Assembly (NCBI GenBank): GCA_963813325.1
Contig: CAWEYM010000004.1
Span: 386,463 to 450,462 of the forward strand
Direction of reading: 5' to 3'
From: an uncultured Acidobacteriota bacterium
Lineage (GTDB): Bacteria; Acidobacteriota; Vicinamibacteria; Vicinamibacterales; JAKQTR01
DNA length: 64,000 nt
Part shown: one piece after another, positions 44,689-59,482 of the stretch
Layout: each line of letters begins with the position of its first letter
Numbering within the stretch: the first letter of the stretch is position 1
Notes under the pieces: generated by a model
What the model saw: only the letters and a program-made list of their open reading frames with translations
What the model was told of the DNA's origin: nothing
Databases searched by the model: none
Program-made: the position numbers and the translations under genes

Positions 44689-44970
44689 CGGGCTCCTTGC
44701 GGCCTGCCGGGCCCCGGCGCAGGCGCGGCCGGAGGGCCCTGATTATAGCTGGTGGCGGCGTCGACAGGGCGTCCTGGGCGGCGACGCGGCGGGTGGGTCT
44801 CGCCGGGCGATGCTGCTGGAGTGAGCGCGACCGGGAACCCTGAGTGCGGCCCGTGGGACTCGGGGCCGCACGCCGCAAGCCTTCGGGCGCCCCTACGCTA
44901 CAATGACGGATCCGGCCGACCCGGGACCCGGCAGGACCGGCCCACTCCGGCGCCCCCGCGAGGGTCACTC

Positions 44971-50618
<5,648 letters not shown>

Positions 50619-50622
<4 letters not shown>

Positions 50623-51443
50623 TCGCGCGGCGCATGAGCAAGGCGGTGATCCTGGCCCGCGGCCTCGGCACCCGGATGCGGCGCCCGGACGCGGAGGCCG
50701 CGCTCGGGGCGGAGCAGGCGCGCGTGGCGGACGTCGGGCTGAAGGCGATGATCCCGATCGGCCGGCCGTTCCTGGACTACGTGCTGAGCGCGCTGGCCGA
50801 CGCCGGCGTGACCGAGATCGGCCTGGTCATCGGGCCGGAGCACGCCCTGGTCCGCGACTACTACACGCGCACGTCCCCGCCGGGGCGCGTGCGCGTCGCG
50901 TTCGCGATCCAGGAGAAGCCGCTCGGGACGGCCGATGCCGTCGTCGCGGCGGCCGGATTCGTCGAGGGGGACGACTTCCTGGTGATCAACTCCGACAACT
51001 ATTACCCGCTCGAGGCGTACCGCGCGCTGGCGGCGCTCGACGGACCCGGCCTCGTCGCCTTCGATCGCGAGGCCCTCGTGCGCGAGAGCAACGTGCCGGA
51101 GGAACGCGTGCGCCAGTTCGCGCTGGTCCGGATCGCCCCGGACGGCAGCCTGGACGACATCATCGAGAAGCCCGACGCCGCGACGATCGCGGCGCTCGGC
51201 GCCGCCGCCCCCGTCAGCATGAACTGCTGGCGGTTCGACGCGCGCGTGCTCGAGGCCTGCCGCCGCGTGACGCCGTCGCCCCGCGGCGAACTCGAGCTGC
51301 CGGACGCCGTCCGGCTGGCGCGCGACCACATGGGCGTCTCGTTCCACGTCATCCCGATGGCCGCCGGCGTGCTGGACCTGTCCAGCCGCGGCGACGTGGC
51401 CGGCGTCGCGGGCTTCCTGTCGGGTATCCGGGTCCACCCGTGA
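50619..51443 (+). CDS. Sugar-1-phosphate nucleotidyltransferase (NTP-transferase domain)
   Basis: KAVILARGLGTRMR (GxGTR pyrophosphorylase loop), IGRPFLDYVLSAL, LVINSDNYY. ATG overlaps the carboxylase stop (ATGA). Confidence 0.8.
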
Positions 51444-52801
51444 CCCGTTCCATCTCCGCTGTGCTGGTCGGGCGCGGGATGCAGCCCGATCGCGCCGATG
51501 ACAAGGCCGCCCTGCTCGATCGCGCGACCGTGGCGATCGGCGGCGGCGCCACGGCGGCGTTCTTCGTCCCGGGTCGCGTGGAACTGCTCGGCAAGCACAC
51601 CGACTACGCCGGTGGCCGCAGCCTGCTGTGCGCGGTCGAGCAGGGATTCTGCGTCGCGGCGCGCCGGCGGGCCGATGCAATCGTGCGCATCCTCGCGGTC
51701 GATCGCCGCGAGATCGTGTCGTGCGCCTGGGAAGCCGCCGCCGATCAACGCGCCGACGACTGGGCCAACTACGCGCTGACCGTCGTCCGACGCCTCGCGC
51801 GCAACTTCCCGGATGCCCGCTGCGGTGCGGACATCGCATTCGTGAGCGATATCCCGGCTGCGGCGGGCCTGTCGAGCTCGAGCGCGCTGATGATCGCGGT
51901 CTTCCTGGCGCTGGCGGAGGTGAACGGCCTGGCCTCGCGGGCGGCCTATCGCCGCGAGATCCAGCGGCCCGAGGATCTTGCCGGGTACGTGGCCGCGATT
52001 GAGAACGGGCGGCGCTTCGGGGGCCTCGAGGGCGATCGCGGTGTCGGCACGTCTGGCGGCAGCGAAGATCACACGGCGATCCTCTGCTGCCGGGCGGGCG
52101 CGGCCAGCCAGTACGCGTTTGCGCCGGTGCGCCGGGAGCGCGTGGTGAGGTTCCCGGCCGCTCATCGGCTGGTCATCGCGGACAGCGGCGTTGCCGCGGA
52201 GAAGACCGGCGCGGCCCGCGTGGCGTACAACCGCGCGTCGCTGGCCGTGGAGGCGATCCTGGAGGTCTGGCACGCCGCCACAGGCCAGCGGCCATCGTCA
52301 CTCGACGCGGCGGCGTCGGCGGACCCGGGCCGTCCGGATCGTTTGCGGGCCGTCCTCAGGGACGCGGCCGTGCCCGGTTTCACGCCGCAGGCGCTGCTGG
52401 ATCGCTTCGAGCAGTTCTGGCAGGAGAGCACCGAGTTCGTGCCGGCCGCCGGCAACGCGCTGGACGCGGGGGACCTTCGCCGGTTTGGCGCGATCGTGGA
52501 CAGGTCCCAGGAGGCGGCGGAGCGTCAGCTGGGCAACCAGGTCGCGGAGACCATCGCGTTGCAGCGCCTGGCGCGGGAGGAAGGGGCCCTCGCCGCGTCG
52601 GCCTTCGGCGCCGGCTTCGGCGGCAGCGTCTGGGCCCTCGTGCCGGAGTCCGACGTCGATCGATTCGGCGCCGCGTGGGGGCAGCGCTATCGACAGGCGT
52701 ATCCCGTCGCCGGGGCGCACGCGCGGCTCATCACGTCCCACCCTGGTCCGCCGGCGACCCCCCTGCTCGGCGAGTCCGATCTGCTGACCGGGCCGATCTG
52801 A
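51440..52801 (+). CDS. Galactokinase-family GHMP sugar kinase
   Basis: GRVELLGKHTDYAGG (GalK signature), IPAAAGLSSSSAL (GHMP motif II), FGAGFGGSVWAL (motif III). GTG 51440 overlaps the upstream stop (GTGA). An alternative start is ATG ~51480. Confidence 0.8.
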   Translation: MTRSISAVLVGRGMQPDRADDKAALLDRATVAIGGGATAAFFVPGRVELLGKHTDYAGGRSLLCAVEQGFCVAARRRADAIVRILAVDRREIVSCAWEAAADQRADDWANYALTVVRRLARNFPDARCGADIAFVSDIPAAAGLSSSSALMIAVFLALAEVNGLASRAAYRREIQRPEDLAGYVAAIENGRRFGGLEGDRGVGTSGGSEDHTAILCCRAGAASQYAFAPVRRERVVRFPAAHRLVIADSGVAAEKTGAARVAYNRASLAVEAILEVWHAATGQRPSSLDAAASADPGRPDRLRAVLRDAAVPGFTPQALLDRFEQFWQESTEFVPAAGNALDAGDLRRFGAIVDRSQEAAERQLGNQVAETIALQRLAREEGALAASAFGAGFGGSVWALVPESDVDRFGAAWGQRYRQAYPVAGAHARLITSHPGPPATPLLGESDLLTGPI

Positions 52802-52821
52802 AGACGCACGTCGCGCCGCGG

Positions 52822-53298
52822 TCACTTTCCGCTGCTGTCTCCGCCCTGTTCGTCCAGCACGCGGTCCATCGCGCGGCGGACCATGGCCTCGACCTCGTCG
52901 AAGGTGACACGGTAGGCGTCGAGATCCGCGCCGAAGGGATCGGCGATCGACTGCTGGTCCCGCCCTCGTGTCGCAAAGGCCGAGAGGAGTTGCGCGTCCG
53001 CGCTCCCGCCGATCGCGCGGACCTGCGCCAGGTGCCGGCTCGTCATGGTCAGCACCAGGTCGGCGCCGTCGATCACCTGGCGCGTCGCCTGCGTCGATCG
53101 GTGATGGTCGAGGCTCAGGCCATGCTCGCGCGCGACCTGGCGCGCCAGCTCCGTTGCCGGCAATCCGTCCTCGGTGGCGGTGCCCGCGCTGGAGATCGCC
53201 ATCCCGTCCACGCCGCGCTCCGCCAGCACGCGGTCGGCGATGACTTCGGCCATCGCGCTCCGGCAGATGTTCCCGGTGCACACGAACACGATGTGCAT
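52822..53298 (-). CDS. Low-molecular-weight phosphotyrosine protein phosphatase
   Basis: MHIVFVCTGNICRSAMAE (CX5R(S) P-loop) and the IADPFG general-acid Asp. ATG 53298 shares one nucleotide with the upstream stop (TGATG). Confidence 0.9.
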   Translation of the reverse strand: MHIVFVCTGNICRSAMAEVIADRVLAERGVDGMAISSAGTATEDGLPATELARQVAREHGLSLDHHRSTQATRQVIDGADLVLTMTSRHLAQVRAIGGSADAQLLSAFATRGRDQQSIADPFGADLDAYRVTFDEVEAMVRRAMDRVLDEQGGDSSGK

Positions 53299-55958
53299 CA
53301 CCGGGGGTGCCCCGCGTCGTGCCGGGCCTTGAGCGATCGGTAGTCGGTCTTGCCGGTGCCGAGCAGCGGGATCGCGTCCACCTCGACCACCTGCCGGACG
53401 TTGTGGAGCGGGCTCAGGCCGGCTTCCCGCAGCCACGCGTTGACCTGGCCGCGATCGGCAGGCTGCCGCGTGAACAGGACGATGTCGGGGCTGTCGGGAT
53501 TGCCCATCGCCTCGACCGCGATCACGGGGCCGTCGTCGGCCTCCTGGAAATGCTGCTGGAGCACCGATTCGATCGCGGGCAGCGAGATCATCTCACCGCC
53601 GAGCTTGACGAACCGTTTCAGCCTGCCCTTGAAGAACAGCACGCCGTCGGGATTCGCCATCACGAGATCCCCGGTGCGATACCACGCCCGTCCCTCGAAG
53701 TCGATGAACGGCGGATCCCCCGCGTGGTGCAGATAGCCGGGGAAGATGCTGGGGCCGCGCACGAGCAGCATGCCTGTGCCGCCGGGCGGCACGCGCGCGC
53801 CGGTATCGAGGTCGACGATCGCGCCCTCGAGGCTCGGCAGCAGGTGGCCGATGCTGCCGGGCACCGGGGCGTCCACGTCGTTGAGCGACACGACCGGCGA
53901 GCATTCCGTGATGCCGTATCCCTCCATCACGACGGCCGACGGGCACCGCGTCCGCAACGCCTCGTAGAGCTGGTCCGGGCACTTCTCGGCGCCGGTGACC
54001 GCCAGGCGCAACGACGCCAGCTGGCGGTCCTCCGCGACGCGCAGGATGCCCGACAGGAACGTCGGCGTGGAGATGACGACCGAGACGGTGTAGGCCTCCA
54101 TGAGGCGGGCGAGCACCGCCGCTTCCGTGGGATTCGCGTGGTACACGGTGCGCAGCCCGACCGAGCACGGCAGCACGACGGTGGCCAGCAGCCCGAACGA
54201 ATGGAACGGCGGCAGGAACCCCAGCAGGACGTCGCCGTCGACGACGCGTCCCAGCTGGAGCACGTCGCGGACGTTGGTCAGGATGTTGGTGTGCGTCAGG
54301 GGTACGGCCTTCGGCAGGCTTTCCGAGCCGCTCGTGAAGAGCACGACGGCGTTCTCGCGGGGGGTGGCGCGTTCGAGCTCCCGCCAGCTCAGGCGGCTGC
54401 GAACCACCGCGCGCAGCTTCTGGAACACACCGATGCGGGGCAGGACGTCCTCCACCTTCACAAACCGGTCCCCGAGCCCGGCGAGATCGACGCCCATCGT
54501 CTCCAGGCGTTTCACCAGCGCGTCGGCGGTGACGATGTGGCGCACGCCGAGCTGGTCGAGGGCCTGCTGGAGATTCCGCGTGCCCGTCGTCCAGTTGACC
54601 ATCACGGGTGTCTTGCCGGCGAAGAGCGCAGCGAGGTACAGCACGCCCGCGCCGGCCGACGCCGGCAGCATGATGCCGAGGTGCTCCCCGTCCAGCGCCT
54701 CGAGGATGGGCTTGAGCAGGAAGATCGCCGTGACGATGTCCCGGTTGGTCCGGACACCGCCCGCCTGGTCCGCCAGCAGGGGCCGGCCCGGTGCGCTCGC
54801 CGCCTGCGCCAGGAACGCCGCGGTAATCGTCGCGGCCGGCGGCAGGGTGAGCAGCGCCGTGCGGCCGTTCCGATCGAACCACGCCGAGGGCACCGGCTTC
54901 AGGTCGGCCTCGAGCGCCGAGACCCCGTGGCCCGCAGCGGCGAGCACCACGTCGCCGACCGTCCGGAGGCTTTCCGGCGTGCCGACCGAGAAGCCGAACT
55001 CCTGCTCGATCCAGGCCACCAGTTCCGCCGAGGCGAGGCTGTCGAGCCCCAGGTCGCGCGCGAGCTGCTGATCGAGCGAGATGTCCGACTGGCCGGTCTG
55101 TTCGCGCAGGTGATCGATCACCAGTCCGCGGGTGGCGTCGGTGACGGAGGACGGATCGGCGCCGGACGCGCGATAGACCGGATCGGGCCGGGTGCGCGGG
55201 CCGCCGCGTTCCCAGACGCCGTAAGGCACGTACGTGTTGGGCGCGACCTGGTCGTTGTAGAACGCCTCGAGGTAGCGGTTGATCGCCGTCCGGGGCGCTG
55301 TCCGGGGGAAATCGGCCGGTTCGACGAACTCGATCGTCACGCGGCGGCGGGGCATGAAGAACACGCCGTTGAGGAGGAGGTACTTCACGGCGCGCAGCAG
55401 CGTCGCGCCCGGGTCGGGCATGCGGCCGGAGAACCCGAGGCTGAAGCTCGAGCCCCAGAGCCCGTTGTGGCGCACCAGCACGATCCTGGCGCCCGGCACA
55501 CCCTTGACCATCGTCTCCGCGCCGCTGGCGCTCCCCAGGTCCTCCCGGGCCTGTCGCTTCAGGCGGCCGGCCGGATAGAGGAGGATGTTCTCGCCCCGGG
55601 CGAGCCCGTCAATCGTGTCGGCCAGCGCCGCGCGCATCCCGTCAGCGACGGCGGCGCCCTGGCGTTCCATGTTCGGGAGAATCCGGGTGCCGAACAACAG
55701 CGCGATGCGGCCGAGGATCGTCCGCCCGATCTGGTATTCGTCGGCGAGCGCCCTCGGCCGGAACCCGGGGTAGAGGAGCAGCGTGAGGATGACCGGGTCC
55801 ACGAGCGCCGCGTGGTTCGGCAGGAACAGGATGCCGCGCTGGCCGCGTCGCCGGACCTCGTCGAGGCCGCGCACGTCCAGGCGATAGCGAAGCGCCAGCA
55901 AGGGGCGCCCCACCGCGGCGAGGCAGCGCGCGAATACCGCGGCGAACGGGGCTGGCAT
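53298..55958 (-). CDS. Tri-domain acyltransferase - acyl carrier domain - acyl-AMP ligase (Aas-like with built-in ACP)
   Basis: 886 aa. PlsC-type HX4D (NHAALVD, H49/D54). Carrier motif DLGLDSLAS (Ser307). Adenylation motifs FTSGSESLPKAV, YGITECS, YRTGDLV, GRLKRFVKLGGEMISLPAIE, GTGKTDYRSLK. Confidence 0.85.
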   Translation of the reverse strand: MPAPFAAVFARCLAAVGRPLLALRYRLDVRGLDEVRRRGQRGILFLPNHAALVDPVILTLLLYPGFRPRALADEYQIGRTILGRIALLFGTRILPNMERQGAAVADGMRAALADTIDGLARGENILLYPAGRLKRQAREDLGSASGAETMVKGVPGARIVLVRHNGLWGSSFSLGFSGRMPDPGATLLRAVKYLLLNGVFFMPRRRVTIEFVEPADFPRTAPRTAINRYLEAFYNDQVAPNTYVPYGVWERGGPRTRPDPVYRASGADPSSVTDATRGLVIDHLREQTGQSDISLDQQLARDLGLDSLASAELVAWIEQEFGFSVGTPESLRTVGDVVLAAAGHGVSALEADLKPVPSAWFDRNGRTALLTLPPAATITAAFLAQAASAPGRPLLADQAGGVRTNRDIVTAIFLLKPILEALDGEHLGIMLPASAGAGVLYLAALFAGKTPVMVNWTTGTRNLQQALDQLGVRHIVTADALVKRLETMGVDLAGLGDRFVKVEDVLPRIGVFQKLRAVVRSRLSWRELERATPRENAVVLFTSGSESLPKAVPLTHTNILTNVRDVLQLGRVVDGDVLLGFLPPFHSFGLLATVVLPCSVGLRTVYHANPTEAAVLARLMEAYTVSVVISTPTFLSGILRVAEDRQLASLRLAVTGAEKCPDQLYEALRTRCPSAVVMEGYGITECSPVVSLNDVDAPVPGSIGHLLPSLEGAIVDLDTGARVPPGGTGMLLVRGPSIFPGYLHHAGDPPFIDFEGRAWYRTGDLVMANPDGVLFFKGRLKRFVKLGGEMISLPAIESVLQQHFQEADDGPVIAVEAMGNPDSPDIVLFTRQPADRGQVNAWLREAGLSPLHNVRQVVEVDAIPLLGTGKTDYRSLKARHDAGHPR

Positions 55959-56137
55959 GGAGCCTCCAGGTACGTGAAACCCAGGGACACGGGCGGACCC
56001 TGTGAGGTCAACCTACCGCGCTCCGGGCTGCGGGCGCAAGGCCGCGCCTCCACCCGCAGGCGCGCGGCGGGCCGGGAAATCCATGTATGATCGCCAGTCG
56101 GCGCTTGCCCGGACACGGCGGTGCGCCAGGGGACGCC

Positions 56138-57067
56138 ATGGCCGACCTGGTCATTCACACGGAGGGGTTGACGCGCGCGTTCGGCGCGGTGCGCGCCGTG
56201 GACGGCCTGGACCTCGACGTGCCGCCCGGGATCGTCTTCGGGTTCCTCGGGCCCAACGGCGCCGGCAAGACGACCGCAATCAGGCTGCTGCTCGGGTTGC
56301 TGGAGCCGACCGAGGGGCGGGCCCGCGTGCTGGGGTTCGATACGAGGAACGAGGCGGACCACATTCGCGCCAGAGCCGGGGCGCTGATGGAACATCCGGG
56401 TCTGTACGAACGCCTCAGCGCGGAGGACAATCTCGAGTTCTACGGGCGGGTCTGGGGCATCCCCCCGCGCGACCGGCAGGCGCGCATCAGGGAACTGCTC
56501 GAGCCGCTGGAACTCTGGGACCGGCGCACCGAACCGGTCGGGCGCTGGAGCCGCGGCATGAAGCAGAAGCTGGCCGTGGCGCGGGCGCTCTTCCATCGGC
56601 CGGCCCTGCTGTTCCTGGACGAGCCGACCGCCGGCCTCGACCCGGTGGCCGCGGCCGCGCTGCGGGACGACCTGGCCCGGCTCGTCGGGCGCGCCGGGGT
56701 CACGGTGTTCCTGACGACCCACAACCTGAACGAGGCGGAAAAGCTCTGCCAGCGGGTCGCCGTGATCAAGCAGGGGCGGCTGCGGGCCGTCGGGCACCCC
56801 GACGAACTGCGGGCCCGCAGCGCGACGCGCGCGGACATCTCGGGGCGCGGGTTCTCGGACCCCGCCCTGGCGCTGGTGCGGGCCCGGCCCGAGGTGACGG
56901 CGGCCGAGATGCGCAACGGCCACCTGCTGCTGTCGTTACGAGAGGACGCGGCGACCGCCCCGATCGTGACACTCCTGGTCCAGCTCGGCGTCGAGGTGGA
57001 GGAGGTCCGAAAGGACAAGGGCAGCCTCGAGGACGTGTTCCTCACCCTCATGGAGGAGGACCGGTGA
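56138..57067 (+). CDS. ABC transporter ATP-binding protein (ABC-2/DrrA-like)
   Basis: Walker A GPNGAGKTT, signature WSRGMKQKLAVARAL, Walker B LLFLDEPTAGLD. Start chosen at ATG 56138 (MADLVIHTEGLTRAFG). Confidence 0.9.
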   Translation: MADLVIHTEGLTRAFGAVRAVDGLDLDVPPGIVFGFLGPNGAGKTTAIRLLLGLLEPTEGRARVLGFDTRNEADHIRARAGALMEHPGLYERLSAEDNLEFYGRVWGIPPRDRQARIRELLEPLELWDRRTEPVGRWSRGMKQKLAVARALFHRPALLFLDEPTAGLDPVAAAALRDDLARLVGRAGVTVFLTTHNLNEAEKLCQRVAVIKQGRLRAVGHPDELRARSATRADISGRGFSDPALALVRARPEVTAAEMRNGHLLLSLREDAATAPIVTLLVQLGVEVEEVRKDKGSLEDVFLTLMEEDR

Positions 57068-57801
57068 TCCGCGACATCCGCACCGTCGCGTGGAAGGAAC
57101 TGAGGGAGCTCGTCTGGCTCGGCGGCACGCTGCGCGGCGGGCGCCTGAGCCTGTTCGTGCTGCTGTTCATGTTCGGCGTGTTCCTGCCGTACCAGTCCGG
57201 GCGGGCATGGGTCGAGTCGCCGTCCACGCTCTTCTACTGGGCGTGGATCCCGCTCATGCTGGTCGGCGGCGCCGTCGCCGATTCGTTCGCCGGCGAGCGC
57301 GAGCGCCACACGCTCGAAACCCTGCTGGCCAGCCGGCTGCCGGACCGGGCGATCCTCCTCGGCAAGGTCCTCGCCGCGGTCGGCTACGGCTGGTCGCTGG
57401 TGATGGCGATGCTCGTGCTCGGGCTGGTGACGGTGAACCTCACGGCGGGGCGGGGACAGCCACTGCTGTACTCGTGGTACATTGGCATCGGATCGCCCGT
57501 GATGGCGTTGCTCGGGGCGGGGCTGGCCGCGGGCGCCGGAATCTTCGTGTCCCTGCGCGCGCCGACGGTGCGCCAGGCGGCGCAGACGCTCAACGTGGCC
57601 ATCCTCCTGCTGATGTTCGTGCCCATCCTCGGGATCCAGGCGCTGCCGGACACCTGGAAGATCGCGCTCATCAAGGGAACCGCGCGCGTCGGCGTCGGCG
57701 GCGTGATTGCCGGAGCAGCCGCGCTCCTGGCGGCCGTGGACGCGGCGCTGCTGGCGGCCGCGATGGCGCGCTTTCGGCGGTCGCGCCTCATACTGGATTG
57801 A
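57064..57801 (+). CDS. ABC-2-type membrane permease
   Basis: GTG 57064 overlaps the ATPase stop (GTGA). 245 aa with about 6 hydrophobic helices. Begins IRDIRTVAWKELRELV. Confidence 0.7.
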   Translation: MIRDIRTVAWKELRELVWLGGTLRGGRLSLFVLLFMFGVFLPYQSGRAWVESPSTLFYWAWIPLMLVGGAVADSFAGERERHTLETLLASRLPDRAILLGKVLAAVGYGWSLVMAMLVLGLVTVNLTAGRGQPLLYSWYIGIGSPVMALLGAGLAAGAGIFVSLRAPTVRQAAQTLNVAILLLMFVPILGIQALPDTWKIALIKGTARVGVGGVIAGAAALLAAVDAALLAAAMARFRRSRLILD

Positions 57802-57860
57802 TGACCGCGCCGGAGGGCCGACCGCGCCAGGCCTGGCGGTGGCGGCGAGGGAGACGAGCC

Positions 57861-58520
57861 ATGAGCGACGAGCGGATCTTCGAGGCGATCAAGGCCGGGG
57901 ACGCCGGCGCCATCAGGGAGATCCTCGGGCACGACCCGCAGCTGGCGGCGGCGCGCAACGCGCAGGGCGTCTCGGCCATCCTCCTGGCCCGTTACTACGG
58001 CCGGACCGAGATCGCCGAGCTGCTCGAGAACAGCGGTGTCGACCTGGACGTGTTCGAGGCGGCCGCGGCCGGCCGTGTCGAGCGCGTGCGGGAGGCGGTC
58101 GAGGCCGACGCGAGCCTGGCCAATGCGTTCGCGCCCGACGGGTTCACGCCGCTCGGTCTGGCGGCGTTCTTCGGACAGGAGGCGGTCGTCGCGTGCCTGC
58201 TCGACCACGGGGCGGAGGTCAACGCGGTGTCCCGCAATGCGACCGGCTACACGGCGCTCACAGCAGCGGTCGCCCGAGGCCACGTCGTCCTGGTGGCGCA
58301 ACTCCTCGCCTGCGGGGCCGATGCGAGCCATCGTTACGGCCCGGGTCACACTCCGCTCCATACCGCCGCGGCCAGTGGCCATCGCGAGGTGGCGCGGATG
58401 CTCATCGAGTACGGTGCCGATCCCGGGGCGAAAACAGACGAGGGACGGACGGCGGGGGAACTGGCGGCCGAGAAGGGCCACGCCGAGCTCGCGACCTGGC
58501 TGACCTCGCGCGAGCCGTAA
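57861..58520 (+). CDS. Ankyrin-repeat protein
   Basis: Repeats such as GFTPLGLAAFFGQEAVVACLLDHGAEVNA and GHTPLHTAAASGHREVARMLIEYGADPGA. No signal peptide. Confidence 0.85.
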   Translation: MSDERIFEAIKAGDAGAIREILGHDPQLAAARNAQGVSAILLARYYGRTEIAELLENSGVDLDVFEAAAAGRVERVREAVEADASLANAFAPDGFTPLGLAAFFGQEAVVACLLDHGAEVNAVSRNATGYTALTAAVARGHVVLVAQLLACGADASHRYGPGHTPLHTAAASGHREVARMLIEYGADPGAKTDEGRTAGELAAEKGHAELATWLTSREP

Positions 58521-58600
58521 GCGGCGTCGGCACATTGCGGGCTGGAGTGGCGCACCAGTATCGGGGGGACGCGGGAGCGTCAGGCACGAAGGGGACGGAC

Positions 58601-59359
58601 ATGGCGAGTATGCGAATGCGTGTGCGGGCGGCGTGGTTGGCGTGCGGGATGGTCGGGGCGATCGGGTTGCTGGTCGCGCCGGTGCGGGCGGATGGTGGCC
58701 AGGCGGCCGGGGCGGCCCAGTCGCAGAAGGCCGAGCCAGCCAAACCCGTGACCCTGGACGATCTGGCCGGCAGCTACGAGGGCATGGCCACCGGCGATGA
58801 GGACCTGCCGATCAACGTCGTCCTCCGCGTGGAGGGCGGCAAGCTCGTGGGCACGATCACGACCCCGACCGACGTCCTCCAGGTCCTGGGCGCCACGCTG
58901 GCCGAGGACAAGATCACGCTGGCGATCGATCTCAGCGGGATGGCTGGCTCACTGGCGGGGCGCTACGAGGCGGGCACGTTCATCGGGGCATGGGAAGTCG
59001 CCGGCCAGGCCGGCAACTTCGCGATCAAGAAGACGGGACCCGCGCCGGCCTCGTCGGCCGGCGACCCGATCTCTGGCGAGTGGGTCGGTGAAGCGATCGT
59101 CCAGGGCGGCGGCATGCCGTTCACGCTCGTGCTGCGTCTGGCCGGCGAGAACGTGACGGGCGAGATCGGGTCGGCGCAGGGCAGTTCGCCGCTGGCCTCC
59201 GGCAGCTGGAAGAGCGGCACCCTTGCCATTACCTTCGCCTACATGTCGGGGGCGCCCGTCGCCATGGGCGCGACGCTGCAGGAAGGCAGGCTGGTCGGGG
59301 TGCTGGACTACAACACGGGCGAGACGCAGGGCACGTGGTCGGCCGTCCGCAAGCAGTGA
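58601..59359 (+). CDS. Secreted hypothetical protein with an internal two-fold beta-rich duplication
   Basis: Signal peptide (MRVRAAWLACGMVGAIGLLVAPVRA). Two similar ~95-aa halves (LAGSYEGMA...GAWEVAGQAGNFAIKK and ISGEWVGEA...GETQGTWSAVRK). Confidence 0.55.
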   Translation: MASMRMRVRAAWLACGMVGAIGLLVAPVRADGGQAAGAAQSQKAEPAKPVTLDDLAGSYEGMATGDEDLPINVVLRVEGGKLVGTITTPTDVLQVLGATLAEDKITLAIDLSGMAGSLAGRYEAGTFIGAWEVAGQAGNFAIKKTGPAPASSAGDPISGEWVGEAIVQGGGMPFTLVLRLAGENVTGEIGSAQGSSPLASGSWKSGTLAITFAYMSGAPVAMGATLQEGRLVGVLDYNTGETQGTWSAVRKQ

Positions 59360-59482
59360 TCCTGGCGGGCCCGCCAACCACTTGCCGGGCGGGCATTCGC
59401 TGGCTGGCGCCCGCACGCGGAACCTCGGTCGCGCGATCGCGCGCCACGATGCCGGGCGGCCCCGCAGCCGCCGGTGCAACGG

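Noticed and set aside
53307-56090. A 927-aa plus-strand ORF opposite the Aas-like gene. The 55559-56923 minus-strand ORF and the 27883-29988 plus-strand ORF opposite the RND gene are similar cases.
   Set aside because: They are antisense shadows of genes that carry complete catalytic motif sets.
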